Source of the DNA: Paramecium tetraurelia
Taxonomy: Eukaryota
Assembly (NCBI GenBank): GCA_000165425.1
Contig: CT867986.1
Span: 1 to 64,000 of the forward strand
Direction of reading: 5' to 3'
DNA length: 64,000 nucleotides
Shown: one piece after another, positions 1 through 12,371 of the stretch
How positions within the stretch are numbered: position 1 is the first letter of the stretch
How the letters are laid out: every line of letters begins with the position of its first letter
Notes under the pieces: model-generated
Seen by the model: only the letters and a program-made list of their open reading frames with translations
What the model was told of the DNA's origin: nothing
Databases searched by the model: none
Position numbers and translations under genes: made by a program

Positions 1-1222
1 AAACGGAATGAACAGGGATTTCAAATTTGATGTATTCTCCTGGTTAATCACAATATTTGAAAGAAGGTCCCTTATAATCGCATTCTCCATAAAGAATAAT
101 ACAATCACCCTTAGCTGGCAAATTAGACTCATATTATTGGGAAATAAGAATTTATTATTATGCTTGGGCATTGATGTAGCTATCAAGTGTGGCTGTTAGG
201 AGTGTTTCTGGAGCAGTGGCTGTTTCTAATTATTAAGTGGGATCTGTTAATTTCTCTAAGAATATATTAGTCATGGGGGCAAAGGATCTGTTTATTAAAG
301 ACTCTTCTAGGAACGAAGATTGAGTGGATGCAAGGACAATGAATGCCAATAGAAATTGAATTTTCATTACTTATAAAAACGAATATTATTTGATTTATGA
401 TATCTATAGTAATTAAGTTTGTATATTGTATTGACAAATTTATTATAAATTAAAATCAAATGGAAAATTATCATGTGTTACATTTAATTGGTGAAGGCTC
501 TTTTGGGAAGGTATATAAGGGAAGATGGAAGAAAAGTAACTAGATGGCTGCTTTGAAGTTCATAAGTAAGAGAGGAAAAACTGAAAAAGATTTAGCAAAT
601 TTGAGATAAGAAATTGAAATATTGAGGAGATTGAAGCATGAAAATATAATATTATTATTAGATGCATTTGAAACGCAAGGGGAATTTTGTTTAGTAACTG
701 AAGTAATTTTAATTGTTTCTATTTATTAGTTTGCATAAGGCGAATTATATGAAATTTTGGAGGATGATCATAATCTTCCTGAAAGTGAAGTCAGGAAAAT
801 TGCGTAATAATTAGTTAGAGCACTTCATTATCTTCATTCTAACAGAATTATTCATAGAGACATGAAACCTTAAAATATTTTATTATCTGCTAATGGAGTT
901 GTTAAATTATGCGATTTTGGATTTGCAAGAGCAATGTCAACAAATACACAAGTTTTGCATTCCATTAAAGGTACTCCGCTTTACATGGCGCCAGAGTTAG
1001 TTCAAGAACAGCCCTATAATCACACAGTCGATCTGTGGTCATTGGGGGTGATTTTGTATGAATTATTTGTTGGCTAACCTCCATTCTACACTAATCAAAT
1101 TTATTCCTTAATTCAACTTATTATTAAGGATCCTGTCAAGTATCCTGACAACATGAGTCCAGAATTCAAAAGTTTCTTAAAAGGACTCTTAAATAAACCT
1201 CCTTCTGATAAATTAAGATGGG
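1..1222. repeat. Direct duplicate of 5962-7183 (5' part of crystallin-like gene plus 5' kinase part of Fused), probably a misplaced contig
   Basis: Offset 5961; identical by eye except 4 mismatches in the last 25 nt (1198, 1211, 1216, 1222), then runs into the N gap. Confidence 0.95.
460..1222 (+). other. Truncated duplicate copy of the Fused/STK36 kinase domain
   Basis: [21 protein letters not shown]...HRDMKPQN...DFG...GTPLYMAPE, same as 6421 onward; ends at gap. Confidence 0.85.
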
Positions 1223-1372
1223 NNNNNNNNNNNNNNNNNNNNNNNNNNNNNNNNNNNNNNNNNNNNNNNNNNNNNNNNNNNNNNNNNNNNNNNNNNNNNN
1301 NNNNNNNNNNNNNNNNNNNNNNNNNNNNNNNNNNNNNNNNNNNNNNNNNNNNNNNNNNNNNNNNNNNNNNNN
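1223..1372. other. Assembly gap (150 N)
   Basis: Run of N. Confidence 1.
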
Positions 1373-1382
1373 TTGACAATTA

Positions 1383-1526
1383 CCTTTACCCCAACCCCAA
1401 CCCCAACCCCTAACCCAACCCCAAACTTTACCCCAATCCCAACCCCAAACCCAAACCCAAGCCCAACCCCAAATTCAACCCTTATCCCAAACCCAGACCC
1501 AAATGCAAACCCAAACCCTGCCCCTA
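1383..1526 (+). repeat. Degenerate telomeric repeats (CCCCAA/CCCAAA), probable macronuclear chromosome left end
   Basis: ccccaaccccaaccccaacccc...cccaaacccaaacccaa; C-rich strand at the 5' end; mixed C4A2/C3A3 repeats are typical of Paramecium. Confidence 0.85.
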
Positions 1527-2875
1527 AATAAATAGTATTTGTATTCATTTTTAAGATTATTTAGAGAGCATTAAATATTTTTAGTGTATGTAATTTCATT
1601 ATCAGAATTGATATTTACTACTAAGTTATTTATTAAATTATTATTTGTTTTTCAATTATTATTGCTTTTTTGTCTAATTACTATAAATTCAGTATTTTAT
1701 ATTAAATAATACTATTTTGCTGTGTTCATATTGAAGAATTTATTAAAACTCTAAATTATTAATTTTTGTTGCATTTCTAACCAAAAAGAAGCTCTAAAAT
1801 GGACGACATACAAATATAAATATTCTTCAAAGCTACTCTTAACAAATTTATGTAAATAGAATTGAATTATAAATCTAATACCCTTTTAGTGTCAGTGCTG
1901 TCTAAAATGGTTTTAATGATCCTTACTATTTTATTTACTTTTTACTGATTTCCCTAAAATTAATAAAGAAGATTTGAAAAGTGTGACCTAGTGCTTAACT
2001 ATATATATTTCTTGCTTATGCTTTTTTCAAAAAACAATTATTTATTGAAATTAGGAATTATATTTAAATATAATAATATTTGCACCTTTTTTATCCATCT
2101 ATTGTAATAAACAAAAACTCTAGTTTCTTAATGTTTCTTTTTAATAGCTAGCATTTAGTTCTTCAAAACCTTATAATTCTTGAAGAGTGATTTTTGTTGC
2201 ATTCATTATGAATATATTAGAGGATTCGAAAAGCAAACCACTAATAATTTTCAATTGTTAAATAAATAAAAGACTTGATACTATTATTGGATCATCCTAT
2301 TAAATATGTGTTGGTCAATTTTAACAATTTTCTCAATTTTTCATAAATATGAAAAACAATAACAAACCTGGAATACAAATAAGTGGAAATATAATGATCA
2401 TCTTGATTAAAGCTTCAAATTTGCTTGTACTGTTTTATATTTCTAAGGAAGAGTTGAAAGAAGGATTGTTTAATTATTTACTTTGTCACAAAGTTATCAT
2501 ATTTCCAAGTATTTCTGACCTAAATGCACACACTTGAAAATTAAGCATGATCTTGGGATTTAGTAAAGATATAAAGCAATAACTGACAAAGAAATTTGAA
2601 GTCTACATTCAATTTTAAAAATCTTAGAAACGTCACATTTAAGATTAAGTACGGATCCTTCAAATAACAATATTTTATCAAATATCCTACTGAATTTGTT
2701 AAGTTATATTTTCAGAATATTAATACTTTCATATAATATTTTCATATTTTGTTAATATCATGTGCCTTATTTTGGAATTCGTTCTTGATGAAGATTGTTT
2801 ATCATTAACAATGAATTATGAAGATCATAATAAATTAAAATAGTTTCAATCAAATGTTCAATATATATATAATTT

Positions 2876-4853
2876 TCACAACACTAGTGATAAATTCAGT
2901 AGGTTATCTAATTCATCAAACATCTCGAATGCTTATGTCGCTAATTCTTTGTAATCGATATCTACTATATCCTAAACGTTATATTTTGGTTAAATTTATC
3001 CGTTATAATCTTGGAATTAAATTTAAACCTTCATTTTTTTTTGTTAAAATTCCTTTGATAAAAATATGTTCCTTTAATCCTCATGACTCATTGCTCTGAG
3101 TTAATCAGCTGTTATTCCAAGTAATTTAACAGCAATGTCATCAAAAATAACTGCCTTTATATTTGTAAATTCATCCATGATTGTTACTCTCAAAACAAAG
3201 CTAAATTTTGGTGAAGGATTTTCGGTTAAACATTTTTTGCATCGATATGTTTTTCTACTAGGAATTTCTTCCATTTTCGATTTGCATCGAAGACTTGGAC
3301 AACAAGGATACATATTTCTATTTTCTTGGAGTTCAATTATGTAGCCAAAAATGTACTTATAAGAGGTTTATTAAGTCTTGCCTTCATTCAATAGTTTAAT
3401 GACAAATTCATCTAACTATTGAAGATCGATGGTTGAGTTATCTGGATTTGGCTTCATAATTGTATCAATATTTTTACCCGCCAACCAACTTTTCAGCTGT
3501 TTGACTCTAAGATATTTAACAATTAATTTACTCGTTTAAGTCATGATTTTAAATAATCATTGTCTAATGGTCAGAGTTTAATGATTTAAAATTTGTATTG
3601 TAAAATTTTAATCCTTTAAACACCATAATTTCCCCTTTTTATAAATTGATATTAGCGTATTGAGCTCCCCAGAGTTTCACAGATAATCTTGTGGTCTAAT
3701 CAAAGACAATAAATGATTTACAAGAATCAGAATCTTATTTTATTTCCTACTTTTAAATTGTTTAATTACTTAGATGACAGCAACAACATCAACGATGGAA
3801 TTGTGTTGTAATGTCTCAATTTCTTAAAGTGTTGAAAAATTTAATTGCGGGGCTGATGGAATTGCAAAATTTTAGGATTCTGAAATAATCGAATACTCAT
3901 TAAAAGTGATTTTCTTTGTACCATTTGCCTTATCTTAACCTATACATCCATTTTTAAATGTGTAAACCTTTCCTTATTACAAAACAGAAAAAAATTTACT
4001 CAAGGCCTTTTCATAAAATAAGCCTACAATGATTTCTTACTCGCAATCTAAAATTATTATTTTAAAATATCTTGAAATCATATCTGTTTTTTTACATCTG
4101 AAATCTAATTATTCTGATTTTAAGATAATTCTACCTTCCAGGACCCATTTCTTCATATTAGGATACATAACAGATATTTTTGTTAATTCTTATTATTATA
4201 TTAGTTACTATTATTAATAGTCTTTAAACTAATTTGATTATTTATTATTTGCTGGGTTATCCAAAACCGAAATATTTAGGAGATTATCATCAATTATAAA
4301 TGATTCCTTTATAAATGATGAATTCTCTATTTTCACTTTTTTGATTGAATTCGTTATGTATGATTAGTGGCTTGTATTATTATTAGTAGTATTATGCTAC
4401 TTGATTGTCACTCTAAGTTTTTTTTGACTTTAACAATTTTAATCTACATTGTATTAAGTGCATTCATGTTCCCCATCTAGGGATCCTATATATTGAAATT
4501 CATATATCACAATGGTGTAGGCTTTATTTTTTTCTAAATAGGCCACTTTCCATTGTAACAATTATATTACCATAGAATTCACATTAATAAATTTCTCATC
4601 TTGATATTTTATATTTGTTACTTTAGTAGACTTTTATGAGTTCAGCGGCCTTTCCTATCAATATTGCAGTTTGGGAATATTATCCATCAATCAAACTTGT
4701 TTCAATAATAACCTAATCTTAACCCAATTTTTTCTCCTTATATCCATTGAGCTTAAATTATAGTCTTATGTATTAATTTTTGCTCAAATTCTAATCTAAA
4801 TTGTTAAATAGTTGATCTATTTTTGAAAGGGGACTATCAGAATGTATTTTCAT
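2876..4853 (-). CDS. Replication protein A 70 kDa subunit-like (RPA1 family OB folds, C4 zinc ribbon)
   Basis: Code 6: N-terminal OB (LIDGQYSQTAILIG..NSMVIQLLQWKV), DBD-A (ISVMYPNMKKWVLEGRIILKS..GKVYTFKNG), DBD-C zinc (YPCCPSLRCKSKM..YRCKKCLTENPSPKFSFVLRVTIMD..AVIFDDIAVKLLG); 23-nt intron near 4600-4622; TGA at 2876. Confidence 0.85.
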
Positions 4854-4976
4854 ATTATATTTTATGTTAGATTTATTTATAAAAACGAGGTAAATAAATT
4901 CAATTAAGACACAAATTTTCGTCAATCTTCATTTTCTGACTTTAATCTAATAGATTAATAATTATTAAATATAAAA

Positions 4977-5519
4977 ATGAATTATAGTGCTTATGTAGAT
5001 GTATTCTTAAATAAAATGTAAAATTGTATTTATAACAAATAAAAATAATAATAATTTCTTATGTTAGAAGAAAGGATAGCATTGGTAATGAGTTCAGATA
5101 ACTAAGATAATGGAAATTTATATGTAGGAGGATATGATTCTTTGAAAATGGTATCATAAAAAAAAATTGGCGCTGTCTTATCAGCAGTTTGGACAGGAAA
5201 TTTTAAACCAGATGAGAATTTGAAATATCTTCTTATTGAAGCAGATGATTCTCCAACATATGATATGAGCAAACATTTTGAGAAGGCAGTGAAATTTATT
5301 CATGAAAGTCTTCAAACAACAAATGTTTTAGTTCATTGTGCTGCCGGAATATCTAGATCAGTTTGCTTGATAATAGCATATATGATAAAAATCCACAAAA
5401 TGAAGCCTTAGGAAGCTTTAACAAAAATTAAGCAGACAAGACCATATGCAGGACCAAATATGGGGTTTACAGAACAATTGGAAAAGTATTATAAAGAAGT
5501 CATGGAAGCAAAATAATGA
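4977..5519 (+). CDS. Dual-specificity protein phosphatase
   Basis: GNLYVGG, D-loop ADDSP, catalytic VLVHCAAGISRS, RPYAGPNMGF; single open frame under code 6. Confidence 0.93.
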
Positions 5520-5548
5520 TGATGACATTATGATATTATGCATATATT

Positions 5549-6328
5549 TCATTCATTAGAGTCAGTTTAATCTAATTATGCAGGAGTGGAATAATCTGGT
5601 TGTTCAACTATTCCAAGGTAGAAATTATGGGATTTTTGGATATCTGCTTCAATTAATTTCTAATAATCTTCCTTAGCTATATTTATAACTTATTTTATAT
5701 ACATATGACATTTCCATCATTGTCATAATATTTTATTTATGGTGTTGCAAGTTCTCCGCTATCAAGAACAGCCTTTTCAGTTTCTTTAATTTCACCGAAC
5801 CACTCATTGGGATGTTCTTCATAAATTTTAGGTTCAGGAATATGGATTCCTTCAGATATGCATTCGTGACTATAAATCAAATTAAGTTTGTTTCCTTAGA
5901 GAGCATCTTTAATTTTGAGTGACATACTAAAATAAATGGTAAGTATACCCAATAGGAATATAAACGGAATGAACAGGGATTTCAAATTTGATGTATTCTC
6001 CTGGTTAATCACAATATTTGAAAGAAGGTCCCTTATAATCGCATTCTCCATAAAGAATAATACAATCACCCTTAGCTGGCAAATTAGACTCATATTATTG
6101 GGAAATAAGAATTTATTATTATGCTTGGGCATTGATGTAGCTATCAAGTGTGGCTGTTAGGAGTGTTTCTGGAGCAGTGGCTGTTTCTAATTATTAAGTG
6201 GGATCTGTTAATTTCTCTAAGAATATATTAGTCATGGGGGCAAAGGATCTGTTTATTAAAGACTCTTCTAGGAACGAAGATTGAGTGGATGCAAGGACAA
6301 TGAATGCCAATAGAAATTGAATTTTCAT
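5549..6328 (-). CDS. Secreted protein with a beta/gamma-crystallin-like domain
   Basis: Signal peptide MKIQFLLAFIVLAST; GDCIILYGECDYKGPSFKYC..IPVHSVYIPIG Greek-key-like motif; two short GT..AG introns; TGA at 5549. Confidence 0.7.
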
Positions 6329-6420
6329 TACTTATAAAAACGAATATTATTTGATTTATGATATCTATAGTAATTAAGTTTGTATATTGTATTGACAAAT
6401 TTATTATAAATTAAAATCAA

Positions 6421-9400
6421 ATGGAAAATTATCATGTGTTACATTTAATTGGTGAAGGCTCTTTTGGGAAGGTATATAAGGGAAGATGGAAGAAAAGTAA
6501 CTAGATGGCTGCTTTGAAGTTCATAAGTAAGAGAGGAAAAACTGAAAAAGATTTAGCAAATTTGAGATAAGAAATTGAAATATTGAGGAGATTGAAGCAT
6601 GAAAATATAATATTATTATTAGATGCATTTGAAACGCAAGGGGAATTTTGTTTAGTAACTGAAGTAATTTTAATTGTTTCTATTTATTAGTTTGCATAAG
6701 GCGAATTATATGAAATTTTGGAGGATGATCATAATCTTCCTGAAAGTGAAGTCAGGAAAATTGCGTAATAATTAGTTAGAGCACTTCATTATCTTCATTC
6801 TAACAGAATTATTCATAGAGACATGAAACCTTAAAATATTTTATTATCTGCTAATGGAGTTGTTAAATTATGCGATTTTGGATTTGCAAGAGCAATGTCA
6901 ACAAATACACAAGTTTTGCATTCCATTAAAGGTACTCCGCTTTACATGGCGCCAGAGTTAGTTCAAGAACAGCCCTATAATCACACAGTCGATCTGTGGT
7001 CATTGGGGGTGATTTTGTATGAATTATTTGTTGGCTAACCTCCATTCTACACTAATCAAATTTATTCCTTAATTCAACTTATTATTAAGGATCCTGTCAA
7101 GTATCCTGACAACATGAGTCCAGAATTCAAAAGTTTCTTAAAAGGACTCTTAAATAAAACTCCTTCTGATAGATTAGGATGGCCAGATCTACTTAATCAC
7201 CCTTTTATACAAGAGTCTGATTAAGAAAAATATGAAAGGAAAAAAAGATTAGAATAATATAGTTAATGGGCAGGAGTGGAAAATGAAGTGATTGATAAAC
7301 GCAAAAGATCCTTAACGCCGACAAGGGATATCATAACTTATGATTAAAGTAAGGACACAAGAGATGTGTCGCCTAGAAGAATGCCTTGTAATGATGAATA
7401 TTGGGTTAAATGTGAATAAATCGCTAATGATGTTCAAGGAGCCACTTAATTAAGATGTGACCCTGGATTCTTAGATAAGCTACTTCAAGTGTTGACTCCT
7501 CCAAAGAAACCATCATTGCATTGCGCTTTGAAAGTCTTTGGATAAGTTATAACTAAAGGAAATTAATAAGAGGGCTTGGATGTTGTGAAAAATTAATAAA
7601 TCCCTATTTAATTAGTAACTCATGTGAAAAGTATTCTTAAATAAGGTAGTTCTGAGCTGCTATCTGAATTAATTAAAACAATAGGTCTTTTAGCCAAAGC
7701 TACCTTTGATAAAAATATAGGAATCGATAATGTCTTTATCAAGTTTATTGGAATGACTGCCCAAATTTTAAAGATTGGATAAAATAATGAATTAATCAAC
7801 ACAATCAAAACTATTGGAATATTTGCTAATTAAGCTAGTCTAAATCCAGTAAGATCTGTGTTATTTTATAAAGAATTAGTTGAGCATAACTTAGCTTAAG
7901 AAACCGCCAAATTAACAAAAAATAATATTACTCTTCACAAATTTGCTACTTAAGTAATTGGTGTATTGATACATCCTATTCATGGGGAAATATTTAGTTT
8001 CCCATGGAAGAAAGGATATTCTATTTAAATTTAAAATTTTAATGAAGCTTTGCCATTGTTTGAGTCTTTGAAAAATCAAATTGTTACTGCATATGCTGAT
8101 ATTGATCATATGAAAATTTATAATGAATAAGATGAATAATAAAATTTAACAAGAATTTCTGTATTAAGAATCCTATTATAAATGATTAGAGTAAGTAAGG
8201 ATGTTCACGTTCCTAAAGAGCTGATTAGTTAGGCCCTTAATTCTGATGAGGCATTATTTTAAGGCACTGCTTTGTTGATCTTAGTTCAATAATATAAAAA
8301 TAAAAATTAGGAATATCAAGTGAATTTATCATAAGTGATCGAAATCTTTGAAAATAATATTTAGATTAATCCTATTGTTTCTTTATCTGCAATTTAATTG
8401 ATTGCTGAATTATTATAATAGGAGACTAATTTTACAAATCAATTACTTAGCTATTTTAGTTAATAGCTTCCCTATAAATTGTTAAGTGACCTAGTCAATC
8501 CAAATAAAAAACAAAATAGAACAGAAGAAATCAGAAAACTAGAAGGTAGTAGTTTTGGATGTCCTAGTTATGGATTTGTCGATGGAGTCATTACATTATT
8601 ACAAAAACTACTTTTTAGATATAATAAGGAATAAAAGAAATTAACTGATCTTTTTTAATTATTGGAAAAATATGAAATTCATCAATTATTATTTTAGATA
8701 CTACTAAATATCACAAGCAGGAATGACGTATCTCCAAAAGGATTCGTATCTTTATTGATATTGATTCATGATTCAATATACTCTAATTTCAAAGCATTAG
8801 GATAATTAATATTTTAGGATAATTCAATTAGGATTTTATGTTCTTTTTTAAAAGAAGCTTAATTACAAAGCATCTAAGAATGGCCATCTTCCAGTGGAGG
8901 AGGTATGGCTTGTGTAAATGTAATGAGCATTTAAATTATTCGAATCTTCATTTTGGCATTCTAAGAACAAAATTGTGATAATGTATTTAAAGAATTGAGT
9001 AATTAAGAAATAGTTGCTTTGACATTAAATTTGATTAAATATCTATAGAAGGATCATATATAATTAGTTATTTCATTCATTTCAAGATTAGTAGGAAATA
9101 ATGAAGAAGATAAACAGTTTGCATAAAGTTTTGTTTAAAATAATGGATTGGCAATCTTATAAAAATATTAAATAATGAGTGTGGATTCAATAAACATCTT
9201 GTCTTAATTAGCTAGGATTAGTAAAGATTTTTATCCAAATATACATTCGATTAATTTATACAACGATTTGAAATAGCAAATTTAATCTCCTGATTCAAAT
9301 GTTAGAGCAAAAGTTTGCAATTTAATTGGCAATTTATGTAGACATTCTTCTTTTTTTTATGAACATTTACTCAAATTTGATTTAATTAATCTTTGCATCA

Positions 9401-9895
9401 AATGTTGTCAAGATCCAGATAAACATACTCGTAAATTTGCTTGTTTTGCAGTTGGAAATGCAGGCTTTCATAGTGATAGATTATATGAACAGCTAAGACC
9501 TGTAGTGCCAATGCTGGTTGACTTACTAAGAGATTAAGAAGTATCTTTTTCATTTAAATAAAGGAAAAAACTAGAGCAAATGCAGCAGGAGCATTAGGAA
9601 ATTTTGTAAGAAATTCTAATGCCTTAACTAAGGATTTGATTAAACATGGAGCTTTGCATTAATTGCTAGAATTAGTGAAAACAGACAAAGGATCTCAACC
9701 TACAAGAATATCCTTATTTTCTATAGGAAACCTTTGTGCATATCCTGAGTGCAGAAAAAAGTTTGAAGAATTACAAATAAGATAGATAATTGAACTGACT
9801 TTAGTAAATTTAACATTAATTTTAAGGCTTAAACTAAGGATTAATAAATATTAAAATATGGTAAAAGAATATTAATTAAACTTGATGAGAATTGA
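6421..9895 (+). CDS. STK36: Fused/STK36-like Ser/Thr kinase with C-terminal ARM/HEAT repeats
   Basis: [63 protein letters not shown]-terminal [41 protein letters not shown]; introns near 6664-6690, 9541-9563 and 9805-9826. Confidence 0.92.
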
Positions 9896-10441
9896 AAATT
9901 TGCATATGATAATTTATATAAATTATTTAGTTAAATAAATAATTCTTTAACTTATTACAGAAATACTTATTTTTAGTCAATTCTTAAGAGCTCTTTACAT
10001 TTATCTTGTCTAGTAGATATGAATTTAAAATTTCCTTTTAAATTTATAAAAATGATCTTATTAATGTAAAATATTCTATAAAACATCTACATATTAAAAT
10101 TATGAGATTTAAGAAAAATTATTAGCAAAATAGATATTTATAAATGTAGTTTAACTAATCAAGAAGGATATATTTGAAAATTTATAGAATATTCTATTTG
10201 ATCTTGATTTTCTGCATTGCACTCCATTTAATATTATAATTGAAATAATTAATTGATTATATTTATATATTGATGCAATCAAACGAATAGGCATTAATTT
10301 ATCATTTTCATAATAGATTTCCAGAGATGTCCTGAAGGAAGTACCAGAAATGCAAACCTTGATTATTATGAGGTTTATGTTTGTGTAAAAAAAGGTTTAA
10401 AATTAAAAAAATCCTATACATAAAACAAATAAATTCAAATT

Positions 10442-10486
10442 CTAGTTAGTTTGTTAGTTAGTTAGTTAGTTAGTTATTTAGTTTAG
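10442..10486. repeat. Imperfect (TTAG)n microsatellite
   Basis: ctagttagtttgttagttagttagttagttagttatttagtttag in intergenic DNA. Confidence 0.8.
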
Positions 10487-10663
10487 AAAAATATGAAATA
10501 GAAATTTTAGTTATAATTAAATTAATTTAATAAATTACTTCAAAGACTAGATCATCGAGTTAGGATGTGAAATAGAAAATCGCAGGATTTGCGTATATAT
10601 ATTATATTTAATATTTGTCTAATATTTGAAAGAATAATTATTTTAAATAATTAAAAAATCTTA

Positions 10664-12308
10664 ATGATTGAGAACATCGTGTATTTTAAAATGAAACACG
10701 AGGCACAGACATATAAAATTCCAATATAAGGTGTGAATGTGCAATTGAAAGATTTACGTCAAAAAATAAAAGATTTTCTTAGTAACAAATTTAAATATGA
10801 AAATCTAGAAATGCCATAAGCGTAAAAAGGATAGTCCAATTAAAATTTCGAAGAGCTAGTTATCTATGGAGAATTGGAGTAGAACGGAGGATAAGAAAAA
10901 GCATTAGGATTGGCTGATAAAGTAGCATAATCAATGTAATATTTGATTAGGTGAGAAATAAATAAACCGTGATAGTGGTAAGACAACCGTACCAGTAGGG
11001 CCAATCGTTGTGTGAGTCATGCCTATCTGCGAGAAGCACATCTTAGACCCCTTGTTGTTAGAGGAGGATATGCCAAGGATGTGAAGAACAATTTGTCAAA
11101 GTTACGAAGTGTTTCTTTAATGAGCTACAATAATGTCCATTTAAATATGTCAATTATCAAGTTTAGACTATCAAGTAATAAACTGAGATTTCCAACGCAG
11201 AGTTGGAATAATAAATTAAAAATGCTGTTTTTTTTATTGTTAAGAGTAACACCGAACAGAATGTGATTTTGGCCAAAACTCACGATGTTTGGGCTACTAC
11301 TCGTCGTAACTTTGGGACTCTTATGGATTAATTTAATAACAAAAAAGTCATATTGATTTTTATTGCTAATCGTGTTGAAAAGTTTTTGGGTTGTGCTAAG
11401 ATGAAGAATATACAAGTTCCTCGAGATCCTAAATGGTAATGGTGTGGTACATCTACTATTCAATTGGCTGATAATTTTTCAGTTGAATGGTTAAGGAAGG
11501 GTACTGTTGATTTTGCCAAATTGTAAGATACGATTAATCCAAAAACAGGCGATCTAGTAATCAGGAGTAAAGATTGTTAAGAAGTTCCAGCTGTAATGAT
11601 CCTATTATTAATTTTATTTATCAGGATATTGGTCAACGTATATGTCTATTGTTTGAATAAATCAAATAAAACGACGAAGAATAAGAACCGGTGCCCCAGC
11701 CTTAATAAGAGCCTACTCCCAAAAAGGAAGAGATCGAATGGGATTACAATCAAATAATTTGTATATTCAATTAATTACAATTAATTAAAGCTCCTGCTAA
11801 TGCAAGTCCAGTTAGAGAACAAACACGGAAATCACCAAGTCGGTCCCCTAGCAACGAGAACATCCCTTCACAAAATATATAATTAAATGAGGCATAACAT
11901 GCTTTATTAAATTAAACATTAGCATCGTGGGCATAATAATAATAGATGGAAAATAACTGGAATAAGATGAATATGGGTAAAATACCTGGATTGACAGGAA
12001 AGGTATAATATCCACATCCATTTCTATAAAAATATGGTTAAAAACATAACAAAATGGCAGAAGTTTTATTATAAATGGTGTAAAAAGAATCTGAAAGAAA
12101 GGACAAAGAAAAGAAATCTTCAAGTCATTCTAAAAAGCATAAAAAGAAGAAAGATAGAGATCGTAGTTCCTCTGAGGAAAAAAGGAGATCAAGTATCATA
12201 ATTTAAATAACAATAGGGAAAAAAAGGAAGGAACGAAAGGATAAAAAATCAAAGCATAAAAAGAGAAGTCGAAGCAGATCAAGAGATCATAAGAAAAAAG
12301 AGTATTGA
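10664..12308 (+). CDS. RBBP6/Mpe1-like DWNN + RING protein fused to a YTH domain, with Lys/Arg/Ser-rich tail
   Basis: DWNN: MIENIVYFKMKHEAQTYKIPIQGVNVQLKDLRQKI...VRNKQTVIVVRQP; RING-like: CESC..TPCCQRRICQGC..CFF..CP; YTH: FFIVKSNTEQNVILAKTHDVWAT..VILIFIAN..FLGCAKM..WQW..FSVEWL..INP..VIRSKDCQEV; tail KKRSRSRSRDH; several short introns. Confidence 0.85.
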
Positions 12309-12371
12309 TTATCAATTTCGCATTTATCATCAAAACATTTATTAAATTTTTTGTTTAATAATATGAAATCT

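Noticed and set aside
460..1222. A second genuine Fused paralog
   Set aside because: Identical including intron and intergenic DNA, truncated at a gap, and outside the telomeric tract
1213..1548. Gly/Phe/Val-rich ORF and the NPNPNP ORF in the track
   Set aside because: These are translations of telomeric repeats and N gap, not proteins
10442..10486. TTAG repeat as an internal telomere
   Set aside because: The unit does not match T2G4/T3G3; it is a simple microsatellite
9900..10660. Possible small gene in the long gap between Fused and the DWNN-YTH gene
   Set aside because: No convincing start-to-TGA frame or recognisable motif found by eye
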